A DNA stretch of 63,019 nt, filler included, from Lenisia limosa (taxonomy: Eukaryota > Protista > Breviatea): assembly GCA_001655205.1 (NCBI GenBank). It is 16 parts of 16 records of this genome, joined end to end, with 100 filler letters (N's around TTAATTAATTAA, not from the genome) between each part and the next. Parts side by side here need not be neighbours in the genome. Positions count along the whole stretch, not along the records: positions 45,202 to 49,107 come from LPNZ01010143.1; positions 49,208 to 50,484 come from LPNZ01000569.1; positions 50,585 to 51,977 come from LPNZ01001744.1; positions 52,078 to 54,667 come from LPNZ01001173.1; positions 54,768 to 56,318 come from LPNZ01010243.1; positions 56,419 to 59,216 come from LPNZ01003987.1; positions 59,317 to 61,376 come from LPNZ01007107.1; 9 more parts are not named here. One strand, written 5' to 3'. The notes below the pieces were generated by a model. That model did no database searches, was not told the DNA's origin, and saw only the letters and a list, made by a program, of their open reading frames with translations. The position numbers and the translations under genes were made by a program. This document shows positions 46,509 through 59,649 of this stretch, piece after piece. Each line of letters begins with the position of its first letter. Position 1 is the stretch's first letter.

Positions 46509-46930
46509 ATTCCGTAATCACTTAAGAAGACTCAATGTAATAACGAAATTTTAAAAAATATTATTGGAAAAAGAGGAGCTACTACGCCGGCGTAGGTCTA
46601 CCACTATCCCAATGTTGAAGCAGCCAAGCCCATAATTATGTATCTAATTAATTATAGAGTGTGGAAATAGATATAAAAGACGTGAACCTTGCAACCATAA
46701 CGCCCAAAGACCCAGGCCCAGGCTAGCCTTCCGCCACAAATTCACGGTAAATTAGTGAACTGAACTGAACTGAACTTTCTTCCTTTATAACCTTTTTTTT
46801 TCATTGCCTCGCTCCTTTACGAAAGTTTTATAGTTAAGTAAGCTCGAATTATTTTGTAATTTGGTTTCTATATGTGTCCTTTACTGCTTGATTTTGTAAT
46901 TGTCTTGTCGTCTTCTCACTTTGCTTTAGA

Positions 46931-47402
46931 ATGCGTGTCGTCGCTGCTTATTTGCTCGCTGTCCTTGGTGGCAACAAGTCCCCCGCCGTCGCTGACGTCG
47001 AGAAGATCCTCGCCGCTGGTGGTGTTGAGGTCGAGGCTGCTCGTATCGAGAAGCTCGTCGCTGAGCTCAAGGGCAAGGACCTCAACGTATGAGGGACTTT
47101 CGGATGTGCTCACTTTTTATCCATTCTCCTGTCCATCGTTCATCTCCTTTTGCGTACTTCCTTTTGTTCTTCATGTTGCATCTAACATTTTTCGTTTCTT
47201 ATTCTTTTGTAGGAGGTTATCGCCGCTGGCCGCGAGAAGATCTCTTCTGCCCCCATGGGTGGTGCCGCTCCCGCTGCCGCCGCTGGTGGTGCCGCTGAGG
47301 AGNNNNNNNNNNNNNNNNNNNNNNNNNNNNNNNNNNNNNNNNNNNNNNAAGGAGGAGTCTGAGTCCGAGGACGACGACATGGGTTTCTCTCTCTTCGACT
47401 AA
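46931..47402 (+). CDS. RPLP2: 60S acidic ribosomal protein P2 (2 coding exons, probable 5'-UTR intron)
   Basis: MRVVAAYLLAVLGGNKSPAVADVEKILAAGGVEV..ELKGKDLN|EVIAAG..EEESESEDDDMGFSLFD*. Confidence 0.97.
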
Positions 47403-47836
47403 GTTCGTTGCCTAACCAAGATTGAATGCAAATCTAGTCTATGCTTACTTTCGTAAATCGTGGGTTTCAGTTTGTCATGTGCGCGATGATTGTTTGATTG
47501 CTCTATACCATTCAATTCTTGGCTGTTTTCTTGGCTCTCTCCTTCGGGGTCTTTTCTACTTTCCCCATAATTAGATAAGTCTCAACTCAAGCGAAGCCGA
47601 TTGCCTTTGTTTTGTAACCGTGTAATAATAATTATATATAACAGTGACGATGGTATGTATGCATATCATATCATGCGTGGCCAACTCTTAGTTCTTCACC
47701 CGTTTGTTTTGTCAATACCATAACGCTGGGGGTTTGAAGAATTATTTTTATCAAAAGAACTGCATAATAGACAACCATTAAAACCGAAGACCATACGACC
47801 ATCCTGAGATTCATTCAGACTCGCTGTACGTCAATG

Positions 47837-49040
47837 TCAATTGGTAAGGCTCTGGTGGGACTTGTCGAACTCTTCAATTTTGCGTTTGTGCTGCATAATG
47901 TACACTCCACTCATGAAGAAAGATGTCACTCCAATGAACAATAACACTCCGTTCTACACCATGAGCCAAGGCGGTCATGAGCTCAGCAAGTTGCCAAATT
48001 TACTCTGAATTTACATTGCCCCCCCCCCCCCCCCCCCCNNNNNNNNNNNNNNNNNNNNNNNNNNNNNNNNNNNNNNNNNNNNNNNNNNNNNNNNNNNNNN
48101 NNNNNNNNNNNNNNNNNNNNNNNNNNNNNNNNNNNNNNNNNNNATAAGCAAATGCAAATCTAAAGCCCCTGAAAGAGCCGAAATATGGTTCCACAAGTAA
48201 GAGGCACGGATCGATGAAAACTAAGCTCCGTAAGAATGTCCAACAAGGCTGGGTAACAAACCTGGGGCTGGGCAAAGAACTTGAGAACAACAATCTCCAA
48301 AGAGAAAAACAGGCAGTTGAAGAGGGCCCATGCCACCCACCTGAGGGGGAAAACGATAATATATCCACAAGATGTACGCAGACTCGATTGGTATTTCACT
48401 ATAGTCAACCATACCTCCATTCAAGGTCATGCCAAAGGCCAATGAAAAAGAAAATCACCCAGAGACTGAATATCTGGGTATGCTTGCCTCCCATCGGAAT
48501 GTACATGTATCTGTAGAAATGAGGATCAGAAGAAGGCGCATCAATGAAAAGACCTTGGAAGACAGCCCACAAACCGGACAGTCCACTTGTTAAAACTAGA
48601 GTGCCACCCTCTGAACATTAAGCAAATCATAAGTCATGCCAAAACAGGTCAAAGTACAAACCTCCAGAAGCCCGAGAAAGAATAGTTGTTATTCACACAA
48701 CGAAGCATGTTTTCAGGAGATTGCACCCCTAGAAAGTAAATGGGGCATGACCAGCATGCCTTACCATCAATCATTCCAACTATCCTGAAGAACCTCCAAG
48801 GGAGCAGAAGTTTGAAGAAAATGAAGTTCATCGTGAAGTAGGCTAGAGTTATGAGATAATGATGAATGTAATAATATTCAGCAAACCTCCAAAAGCAACT
48901 TCCCAGGGTGCTAATTTTGTCCAGTTACCACGATCAATCAGACTGTAGTGATGGAAAAGATGCAGGGCCAGGTCAAAGCCCACGAACGTTACAACAAAGA
49001 GGCCGATTAGTTTCGTAATAGACTCTGTTGAAGGAAGGGG
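47837..49040 (-). CDS. GUP1/HHAT-like MBOAT acyltransferase, 3' part
   Basis: NFIFFKLLLPWRFFRIVGMIDGVQSPENMLRCVNNNYSFSGFWRGWHSSFNKWTVRYMYIPMGG..FIGLWHDL, with the MBOAT His retained. Confidence 0.9.
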
Positions 49041-49207
49041 CCGTTTGATCTAATGATCAGAAGTAAATAAAAAAGTTGTAATGGGATTGACTATACATAA
49101 TATATATNNNNNNNNNNNNNNNNNNNNNNNNNNNNNNNNNNNNNNNNNNNNTTAATTAATTAANNNNNNNNNNNNNNNNNNNNNNNNNNNNNNNNNNNNN
49201 NNNNNNN

Positions 49208-50409
49208 ACACTTTTCACAGTGTAGAGCGCCCAGTATCGGCAAAGCGTCCGCGCTTGAACATCGAAAAAACCGAGCTACTTCACGACGTGGTATGACGGG
49301 TTCAACGACTTCACTTCGGTGACCAAAAAAGACTGTAATTCCTCGATAAATCCTGAAAAACTATCGATATTTTACTGGGTTTTTTTTCTGTACCTAAGTG
49401 AAGCCCAAGTTCTATATAACTTCACAAAAAAAGGCTGTAATTCCTCGATGATTGTCGATTTACCAGTGTATTATAACTAGGTTTTCAATTCAGTTCGAAA
49501 AAAGACCGTTAAAATATCGATATTTAGAGAGAATTTACTGGGAAATTCAGTCTTTAGTGACCGTAGGGAAGCCCTAACTATCATAACCCCCCCCCCCGAG
49601 TGATGGGATGTGGTGCTGCAGAAACGACAGGCCTGTGCTTTTTTTTCTTTGTTGTTATCAACCCTGTGTGTTGTCAGCTAACAGAGTTGATTTTGGGCTT
49701 TTTTTTGTGTTAATTTTGTTCAAGTTTACCCCCCTCCCTTAGCGTCAAAAGTTGAAGGGCACAGACCCAGCCACGTCTGCAATCATAAACCTGGCTAATT
49801 GTGAACTGGAGTCTGTGGGCTCTCTTTCAACTTGTGTAAAGGTTTGTTTTGGGCGTTTTTGTGGTCTTCTCTTTCAACCTGTGTCTCTTTCAACTTGTGA
49901 CATAATTTTCACCATCTATAGGCCAAGTCAGTGGATGTTTCAAGTAACAAACTTTCTGGTTTGAGGGGTGGTCTCTCTTTAAAGGCCCAGAAGTGACACG
50001 TCCACCCAGATCTTGGGTCAAAATCAATTTTCAACACAATTACAACTTTCATTTTATGGCTTTTAAACAATTCTAGTATTTTTTTTTGCATTATTGGGTT
50101 TTTCTAAATTGGTGAAAATTGTGTCAACAACGTTTGACCACAACATAGAGTTATCTTCTTCAAGCACTTCTGTTTCTGTGGGTGTCTCTTGTCTCCGCTG
50201 GATTTTCATGATCCTAATTTCAATAGAGACATTACGGCACAAAATAACACTGCAGGTACAGCAGGACTAAACTGGGACCTTCATTTTGCCGAAACGTTGA
50301 AGGAGGTCAAGGCCTTCAATAACGATTTCACCAAAGCTAGCTTCCTTGGTCTCAAGAATCTCTCGCACCTCTATCTGCAGCATAATCGCATTGTAGAAGC
50401 AGAATTATC
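49208..50409 (+). CDS. Leucine-rich repeat protein, internal exons
   Basis: IINLANCELESVGSLSTCVK|AKSVDVSSNKLS|..LGLKNLSHLYLQHNRIV. Confidence 0.75.
49648..49742 (+). repeat. Intron 3'-end repeat family B (about 100 bp), exemplar
   Basis: Consensus TTTGTTGTTATCAACCCTCGTGTGTTGTCAGCCAACAGAGTTGATTTTGGGCTTTTTTTGTTTCATAAATTTTCCAATTTTACCCCCCTCCCCAG. Full or partial copies at about 4340-4415(+), 6105-6152(+), 8774-8840(+), 15390-15468(-), 32920-32985(-), 33122-33185(-), 34335-34390(-), 35431-35520(-), 50425-50484(-) and 56518-56630(-). Confidence 0.85.
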
Positions 50410-50584
50410 GTGGGCAGTCGGGGAGGGGGGAGAAAAATTGGAAAATTTATGAGAAAAAAAAACTCCAAATCAACTCTGTTGGCTNNNNNNNNNNNNNNNN
50501 NNNNNNNNNNNNNNNNNNNNNNNNNNNNTTAATTAATTAANNNNNNNNNNNNNNNNNNNNNNNNNNNNNNNNNNNNNNNNNNNN

Positions 50585-51977
50585 TGGCTGGCTGTATCGG
50601 CTGAAATTTCCTAGGTCCAGAGTGAGCCAAGCTGAGACAGATGGTGGGGCATGAAGGTTTGAGAAGCTGAAGAGGGCAGCAGTGTGAATTAGGTCATCAT
50701 ATCTTGGGTATTCAGGGCCACGAAAGAGTTGGCCATCCTGAAAAACATGTTCCTGAATGACGCTGGGATCAAATTCACGTTTACCGTAGCCTCTTTCGTT
50801 GTGTGAGTGGCGGATGCTTTGTGCGTGTTTGGAATATGATTTCAACCCACAGTTTTTTGCCATGCTTTCGCAGGTAAGTTGCAACTCCAGCGTGGGTAGT
50901 GCGGTTCATGTGCGCATGTGGCAGTCCATCATTTGTCTGAAATTGTAAGAACAAAGAAACTCTGTAAGTTCATAACTTTGATTATCAACAGAAACATACT
51001 TGCAGCCAACTGCTTGTTGCAGCAGGTTCAATGACCAACCATTCTTCATAAAAGCATGGAGTGCAATCTGAATTGTCAATTACAGTATTGAATTCATCAA
51101 ATGTAACGAGCTTATCTTCACACCGCTTACATCGCAATTCACATGGATTTGAGGTCCATCCGTCAGTCCAATTATAGGGTTTGATGGACTGGAAGACTTC
51201 TTGATGGAAAGATGTTCAAATAAATTCAAAATCATTGGTTTATTTATACACGAAGTTTTTGAAATACCAACAACTTTATATCCGTAAGCTTCAACAAATT
51301 CCTGGGTCTCTTGTGATGGAGGAAAACATCTTAGATTCCTTTCTGGGTGCTCAATCACTGAGCTGTAGGCCTCATAATACTCAGACATTGTGACATCTGG
51401 GGATGTGGGGGGCGAAAAGGACTCAGGGTCGAACTCATCAGCGTCAGCTTCAACTTGACTGCCAGCTCGTTTTGCAGCAACCTGTTGTGTTAGCGCGCGA
51501 TTGTTGGGCAACAATATCAACAACGCACATACCTCAGTAATATGCTCTACTCCAAGAACAATGATAGATCCTTCAGATTAGGAGTCGTGGTTGTACATAG
51601 TGACAATAGCGGCAAGTGGTGTATGACCACAAAAAAGATGAAGGTGAGCCTTGAGATGGATATTTTTATTGATTGCGACTTNNNNNNNNNNNNNNNNNNN
51701 NNNNNNNNNNNNNNNNNNNNNNNNNNNNNNNNNNNNNNNNNNNNNNNNNNNNNNNNNNNNNNNNNNNNNNNNNNNNNNNNNNNNNNNNNNNNNNNNNNNN
51801 NNNNNNNNNNNNNNNNNNNNNNNNNNNNNNNNNNNNNNNNNNNAGAAGAGTGGCATCATACGCGGCGATGATGTACTCAAGAGCATACGACTCCGCCCAA
51901 ACTTCAATTGCAGCAAACTTAGCCTGTGTAGCAGTCATATTTGATGAGTCAATTGCGTATAGGTGCCGGTACACACG
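50585..51977 (-). CDS. Hypothetical protein with unusually long exons
   Basis: Long open stretches at 51080-51523, 50585-50884 and 51845-51977, with some GT-AG boundaries. No homolog recognised. Confidence 0.4.
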
Positions 51978-52734
51978 NNNNNNNNNNNNNNNNNNNNNNN
52001 NNNNNNNNNNNNNNNNNNNNNTTAATTAATTAANNNNNNNNNNNNNNNNNNNNNNNNNNNNNNNNNNNNNNNNNNNNATACTATGGTATATGATATAGTA
52101 TATCATATAGTATGGGGGGTAATGGGTATAATGGGGGATACTGTTAATCATAAATCAATATCACCAAAAGGGCGGGATAGAGGGTCTCAAATAGTAGAGC
52201 TCCGTGAAATTAATTGATAAAAATTGCAAAATTTGAAGTGTGACACAATGTAATGTAGACTCAATTTCAACACTTTAATTTCATCTTTTGTCAATTAAGT
52301 TCTTCAAAATATTAATTGCACGGGGTGGTAGAAAAAGACTCTAGTTCAATCTTCGAATAAATATCGATATTTAACAGGTCTTTTCTTTGAGAACTGAAAG
52401 AAATACAACACATGAATATAACATAAGGGGGCCTACTGTCATGGGAACTCCATTTTAGACACTTTAATTTGATATTTTGTCGAATGATTTCTTCCAAAAA
52501 AAATTGCAACAAATAGTCACTATTTAGCGTTTTCGTGGACCCGGGGTAAATGCTGTGTTGTTGCAGTCCAGCCCGGGCTTTATGAAGTTGCGGCTGGATT
52601 CTTCACTGCGGCTCGGAGTACTGTTGAGGTTTGTGGGGTTATGACATCGTGTGGAGGGGTGAATTAATATGCCTATTATAACATATAATATATGCATATC
52701 CATAATATATCATCCACATATCAAATCTATGTAA

Positions 52735-52862
52735 CGTATGCTGGGGAGGCACGCAGAAAACTGGAGTTGTAAGACAAATGATTGGGTGAGTTAATATTAC
52801 TATGATAAGCATGTTCGTGTGGACGGCGTAGGCCAGATAAAACCTTGCTTTATTTCGCATCC
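52735..52862 (+). repeat. Dispersed repeat family D (about 150 bp, no TIRs, GGC-TTCG-GCC hairpin), exemplar
   Basis: Consensus ..GGGGAGGCACGCAGAAA..AGTTGTAGGCAAATGATTGGATGAATTAATAT..ATAATCCAATATCTCTTATAAGCGTGATGGTGTGGACGGCTTCGGCCAGATACAACCTTGTTTTATTTCTCATTGC. Pieces at 1164-1250, 10010-10075, 10730-10790, 12888-12990, 28135-28318, 30060-30125, 42915-43000, 53230-53270, 54785-54915, 55320-55370, 55905-56044 and 59785-59813. Confidence 0.82.
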
Positions 52863-53571
52863 CTTATACTATCACCCAATATACTCTCTTATCAGCGTGT
52901 TCTGGGCCTTATGCAACCTTGTTTTATTCCTCATACAATTTCCGAATTTTATCCATATCATTTTGCAGGTGGTTGTTAATGGGAGGACTGTCTTGACCGG
53001 GAGTTCTTCAGCAACGTGAGGGGGGGGGGGGGNNNNNNNNNNNNNNNNNNNNNNNNNNNNNNNNNNNNNNNNNNNNNNNNNNNNNNNNNNNNNNNNNNNN
53101 NNNNNNNNNNNNNNNNNNNNNNNNNNNNNNNNNNNNNNNNCGGTTTTGAAAATGAGAAAACAAAGCAAAATTTTATTTTTCAGAGCAACAATACAAATTA
53201 CATTCTTGAAATACAAGAAAAACACATTGGGTAGCAATGAAAAATAAGTTTTTTCTGGCCGAAGCCGTAGGAATACCGTAGTGCTGTGCACATCACATCT
53301 TATTGGTAGTTTTTGTCGAATTATCTATTCCAAAACTATCACAAGTACAAATTGAGAACCAAAATGTAGCGATATTTTACAAATAACTCTACCAAATAAC
53401 GTTCTGTCTTTTCTGTGTGAAGTACACTGAGACTTATTTAGTGGTTTTATGAGAAAAAATTGGGAATGTAGTTATTTCATTGGTGGTTTGTGGGTGTTAA
53501 GTTACTATAAACCAAAACTCCAGCAAAAAAACTAGGATCCAGAAGATATTTGGTTTAAGAACTTTTGTAAA

Positions 53572-53645
53572 GGTCGAATGGTGTAGTTGGTTATCACGTC
53601 AGCCTAACATGCTGAAGGTCTCGGGTTCGAACCCCGGTTTGACCT
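53572..53645 (+). tRNA. tRNA-Val(AAC)
   Basis: GGTCGAA/TTTGACC acceptor stem, D-loop AGTTGGTTA, anticodon arm TCAGC-CTAACAT-GCTGA (AAC at 53606-53608), TTCGAAC T-loop, then an oligo-T Pol III terminator. Confidence 0.95.
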
Positions 53646-55109
53646 ACTTTTTTTCTTGTTTTTTTTTATTATTCTTTTCCTCTTTCATGCCGTAGACACA
53701 CACGACACTCGTCCAAGAGCAGGATTGGTTTGTTGGGATTGTGGAGAGAATTAGAGTTACCTTCTCGTTTATTTGGAAATTGTTTCAGTATGATTGAACT
53801 TCGGCGTTACTCCCTCACTGTGTATCATATCTGACTTTTGTTTTTTCCTTTGATCAAGTCTAACAAGACTGGGAACAAGTGGTAAACTATTAAACTATGT
53901 GTAAACCCTTCCAATTGATTGCATCATCAGGTCTGATGTTACTTTGAAAGAAGAAAATAGAAAAGGAAATATTTTGACCCCATCCCACATAAGATGGATT
54001 CGCTTGAGGTTGAAGGAACTAAAGTTGTATAGAAGGGTAGGCATACTGTTGCCGAATGAGGCCATACGTCGACATTGACCGTACAAAGGTTTTCTTGGTC
54101 TGGCAGGATCCACCGTCAAGGGCTGAAACCAAAAAAGGGTAAATTCACTACTTTAAACAAAGCCGACTGCGTAAAAGGAGTGATCCGAATATTGAAGGTG
54201 ATGGGGGGATCGCGTTGATGGCATTATTGACCTCAGCTACCAGTGCCACGACATGGATTGCTTCTGTGATCAACTCTACTTTGTAAAAGAACAAGAGTCA
54301 CCAAACGATTTGTCGTCTCTTGGCTAAACAGGCTGCCTTTGGGATCAACAAGATCCTGATACAACAGAACTGCCTAAAGCGGTGAAGTTGGAACCGTCAG
54401 AGATGCTAAGGGATTATCCAACAATTATTCATACTTTCAGGGAGAGAATGGAGCGCGGATTTCATTGTGCGTGAACATATGTGCACATGGTGTTTGAGCA
54501 GCAAAAACTATTACTCATTATCCAGTAGATCGTTTTTAGTTGAGGCCCAGTGAAAAATACATTCGCGACACCGTATAAAGAAGTTTTATGAAGAGATATG
54601 AAATATTATGTAGGTGAGTGCACACGACCGCGACCTGTAACATAACCGCGACCGCTTTTCAAATTTTNNNNNNNNNNNNNNNNNNNNNNNNNNNNNNNNN
54701 NNNNNNNNNNNTTAATTAATTAANNNNNNNNNNNNNNNNNNNNNNNNNNNNNNNNNNNNNNNNNNNNCGTCGTTTGCCAATTACAGTGTAAATAGCCTCT
54801 TCCACGTTCACACAATCACGCTTATAAGAGATATTGGATTATGGTATATAGTAATGATATTAATTCACCCAATCATTTGCCTAACAACTCTGAGCTTTCT
54901 GCGTGCCTCCCCAGCATCCACTGTATTATAGGCATATGTTAACCCATAATAACCACTAGTGGTATCATTGAGACTTGTCAGTCAATTATCAAACGAGTGG
55001 ATATGAGGTATCATTTCACTGCATGGAAAATGATAGTTCACACGTGTGAAAATGATCCAAAAAGTGATATGATGCCCTTCTTCCATGAGCTGCACCCCCC
55101 CCCCCAAAC

Positions 55110-56251
55110 CTATAGACCTGTACACGGCACTTAACTGAGGTATCTTCGGTGTTCTTCTTGATTAACTTAGCCCGCTTCTCGTTAGGGGTCAGCTTACGGG
55201 CCTCGTTTCTAGACAAATAAGAGGACTGCTTCTAGACAAAGAGGAGTACATAGCCAAGACGTAAAAAGACATATTTGCAAAGGAGATACCAGGTTGCCTT
55301 ATAAGAGGATAGCATATAGAGAGATGAGAAATAAAACAAGGTTGTATCTGGCCGAGGCCATACATCATAAGTAACCATAATAGGACTCTATTCCTTTCTC
55401 AAAAGATAAGAATAACACTCCTTGCTAGTCATATCATGCCTCCCAACCTCATATCATGGGCGTGTTTACGTTCATGCATTTCCTTTTTAACTTGGGCCAT
55501 GACCTTGGTGGGATCCAGAACCGCCTGGGGGGGGGGGGGANNNNNNNNNNNNNNNNNNNNNNNNNNNNNNNNNNNNNNNNNNNNNNNNNNNNNNNNNNNN
55601 NNNNNNNNNNNNNNNNNNNNNNNNNNNNNNNNNNNNNNNNNNNNNNNNNNNNNNNNNNNNNNNNNNNNNNNNNNNNNNNNNNNNNNNNNNNNNNNNNNNN
55701 NNNNNNNNNNNNNNNNNNNNNNNNNNNNNNNNNNNNNNGATCACCGGGGAGGGGGGGGTAAAACTAAGGAAATTTCGATGAGGAATTGGCATAAAGGTAC
55801 TAACAAACAAAAAAACAAAACAAGCAATACACGAGCAACATGTAAAACTTGACAAAAACCAGATAGCAAAAAAAAACCCCGAGCCCGCCTTTGAAAAGTC
55901 CCTCACCATCATCAGATATATTGGAATATAGTACCTGGCCGAAGCCATCCACACCATCATCAGATATATTGGATTATAGTACCTGGCCGAAACCGTCCAC
56001 CATCATCAGATATATTGGATTATAGTACCTGGCCGAAGCCGTCCNNNNNNNNNNNNNNNNNNNNNNNNNNNNNNNNNNNNNNNNNNNNNNNNNNNNNNNN
56101 NNNNNNNNNNNNNNNNNNNNNNNNNNNNNNNNNNNNNNTTACAACTCAGCCATAATATCATAGCGCCCTCGCCCACCTCAGTGGTCAACACGCGCATCAT
56201 TGTAGACAGACGTACACGTCCCTTCGGTGCCTCAGCAACCCCCATTCGGAT
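55110..56251 (-). CDS. PRPF3: U4/U6 snRNP protein Prp3, internal exons
   Basis: IRMGVAEAPKGRVRLSTMMRVLTTE|AVLDPTKVMAQVKKEMHERKHAHDMR|NEARKLTPNEKRAKLIKKNTEDTSVKCRVQVYR. Confidence 0.92.
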
Positions 56252-56418
56252 CTGTGGAGCGGGTAAAACTAAGGAAACTTCGATGAAGAATACTGACAGG
56301 TGACAGGGGGGGGGGGGGNNNNNNNNNNNNNNNNNNNNNNNNNNNNNNNNNNNNNNNNNNNNTTAATTAATTAANNNNNNNNNNNNNNNNNNNNNNNNNN
56401 NNNNNNNNNNNNNNNNNN

Positions 56419-58109
56419 CATGCCCTCAGAGTCGCGAGCCGAGATGTCAGCCCCATGTTCAAGCAGGTATTTCACCACCTCGTTCTGACCCTTGAAGGAT
56501 GCGCAGTGGAGTGCTCTAGGGGGGGGGGGGTAAAATTGGAAAATTAATGAAACAAAAAGGAAAAAGCCCAAAATCAACTCTGTTGGCTGACGACAACGCG
56601 CAAGGGTTGATAACAACAAAACAAAGCCCTTGATAAATCATCGATATATTTCGAAAGTTTACCAATCTTTTTCGTACCAACTTAAATAGTGTAGATAACA
56701 CTGGACTAGCTTTTTTGGCAGGTCTTCACTTCGGTTCGAAAAAGAGTGATAAAATATCGATTTTTAATGGGAAATTCAGTCATTTTTAAAACCGAAGTGA
56801 AGCCCAAGTTTTATGATATTTATATGTATTTTGAACCCTTGATTTTGTTTATTGCAGAGATGAGATCTGCTTGCTGCCAAGTAGATCCTCATTCCACCTG
56901 CCTCTCTATTACAAAACACTCCAACGAATCTCTTGTTTCCAACATAGTATGGGGGGTTGCTTGGAAAGGCAGCTGTTTCAAACAATATACACAAAGTTNN
57001 NNNNNNNNNNNNNNNNNNNNNNNNNNNNNNNNNNNNNNNNNNNNNNNNNNNNNNNNNNNNNNNNNNNNNNNNNNNNNNNNNNNNNNNNNNNNNNNNNNNN
57101 NNNNNNNNNNNNNNNNNNNNNNNNNNNNNNNNNNNNNNNNNNNNCAAATGGAAAGGTAGAAGATTTCCCACCCGCTTAATGAGTGCTTAATCCACTTGAT
57201 TTGTTTCCAGATTTCCCTCTTACGTGTGTCCGTTAAAGTCGGTAGCCTCAATCGGGACGTGTTGGAGGATGTAGTGCACAATGAAGGTGTGGCCAAGCTC
57301 AGCCGCTCTAAACGGCATTAGTCTCGCTTTAAAGGGCGTATAATTGTTACTAACATGATAAAGAGAAGGAAAGAGGAACGTGAGTGTCTTGAGGAAGATG
57401 ATGAGCTTGAGATCCCTACCTCATGGCGATGTTTCGGCCGTCCTCATCCACCAGATCGAGTCTAGCACCTTTAGAAACGAGATACTTCAGCGTTTTAGTG
57501 TTGTTCTTCACTGCTGCCCATAATACCGCCGTTTCTTCCCTCGCATTCCTGGAATCATAAGATCACAACATTCTGAAACTTTTGTACGCTACCACTGGTG
57601 TTAGACGATCAACAATCTTGTTAAATAAAGAGAATAAAGCACTTTTTGCCATCATCATTGCCTGTGCTTACCTCACATCGATGTCAACCCCAAGCTCCAA
57701 GAACATATCTATCGTCATCAAGTCTGATGTGGCGTTGATGGCAGCATAATGGAAGGCTGTGTGTCCCTCCGAATCGCGGGCGGTGAGATTGGCTCCCTTA
57801 GCAGCCCAAAAGAAGACGGAGTGCGACTGTCCTCTTGATGCCGCATCACAGAGTGCGGTAGTGTTAGGGTCCACAGCATTACCACTATTGGGAGTAGGAA
57901 GCACAGACTCTAAGACATTATGTGAAGCGTTCTGGATCAGCGCAAGATCGCCAGACGAGGGCTTAGCAATCTCGGTATCTGTTGTTTTTGCAGGCTCTGG
58001 TGAGTGACCAGTTCCGGCCCAGGGAGGCGGTGTGAATGACGAAGATGGCTCATTATGAGTTGGCATTGAACTGTCAATGAACATGTCGTCCTCGGGGACT
58101 GAGTCTGAC
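56419..58109 (-). CDS. Ankyrin-repeat protein, partial (more exons likely upstream)
   Basis: GANLTARDSEGHTAFHYAA..; ETAVLWAAVKNNTKTLKYLVSKGA; AAELGHTFIVHYIL; ALHCASFKGQNEVVKYLLEHGADISARD. Confidence 0.92.
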
Positions 58110-59649
58110 CTGAGGTGTTAGAACCGTTTAAATCGCGAAATAACTCATTAGAGTCTTAGAACAGTTCTGAAACATAACATAGCTCAATGATTATTTTGAT
58201 GATGTCAACTGAACGGTTTAAAACGAAACAAAGTAAATACAATACCACAATCTCTTGAGATAATAATAATAAAAACAAAATTAAAATAAAATTGTGCAAG
58301 ACATATGCAAGGTAATAATAACTGAATCGCTTAAAAATCTCAAACTCCCATGGTAAGCCACCATCAATAAAGCCATATGGTCCTGTAAAGCACCATAAAC
58401 TCACATTGACATTGTGAACGGTTAGAGAGCCCTCGGGGGCTACTATCCTTTAAAATCCGCTGTCGTTGCTAGGCCCAATATTCAAGCTCTCCTTACTGTT
58501 AGTCGTCAAACTAAAACAACAAAAAATTAGTTCCAATATACAGACGTGAGAAAGAACCAACAAACAGCAATCACACAATGTATATACGATCCCAGTGATC
58601 TATAATCCTTTATAAAAATATTTTTTGTTTTTCTGCTTTAATGGCTGGTTGTGAGACTTGGGCAGTCTTTCAGTTTGTCTAAAGTCCAATAAGGAGAAAA
58701 CCGTCTTATATAGGCCAATCACGGCGAAACATCTTCCGCTACCACCCCACAACGTGCTCACACCGCTTCTGCCGTCTTCCGTCTTCGTTTTAAACGGTAT
58801 GAAAGGATAAGACGGTGATTGTAGATAAATAATGGCCTGAAACAACTCCCCTTCGGTTCTAGTCCACTTAGCTTGGGAATTTCAAGTGCATCCCCCTCTC
58901 TTTCGTTTTAATGGAGGGCACGATAAAGGCATTGGATAAGGACAGTAAAGTGAAATAACTTGAAACTATTGATTAAAGATACATGCTTCACATCTTATTT
59001 GAGGAATTCAATCCTCCCCTTATCAAAACTGAGCTTTCTTGTTTGTAAGACTCTTCCTCCCATTTTTGTTTGACCCCATACTTCAAAGCATGTTCTATTC
59101 TTTTTCTACAGAATGTGTTCTTTGTATAAGTCTTTTTCTTTAGTTAATGGATACCTTTTTGTTCCCTAACCCTTTCCCTCTCATCCCCCCTCCCCACTCT
59201 CCCGGTTCGGCAGAAGNNNNNNNNNNNNNNNNNNNNNNNNNNNNNNNNNNNNNNNNNNNNTTAATTAATTAANNNNNNNNNNNNNNNNNNNNNNNNNNNN
59301 NNNNNNNNNNNNNNNNTGCGGAGTCGTGTTGCTCTGGAGGGGAGGTGAGGATACTTCTGCAAGGTAGAACGGAATGTCTCGATAAATCCTCGATAAATAT
59401 CGATATTTTACCGGTCTTTTTTTGGACCAGGGAAGCCTAGTAATATTATGTCATAGTAATGCCCTGGGACAATAGAAGCCTAGTAATATTATGTCACTTT
59501 CTGGACCGTTTACTTGCTGAATACACGACATTTAAAAGGCAATATCTGAATACTCAAGGGGGTAGCTGGGCATTTGTCGACTCAAGTGATCCATTTTGTT
59601 GATACCATAACTAGCTTTCACACGCAACAAAACACACTTCATTTGTCCA

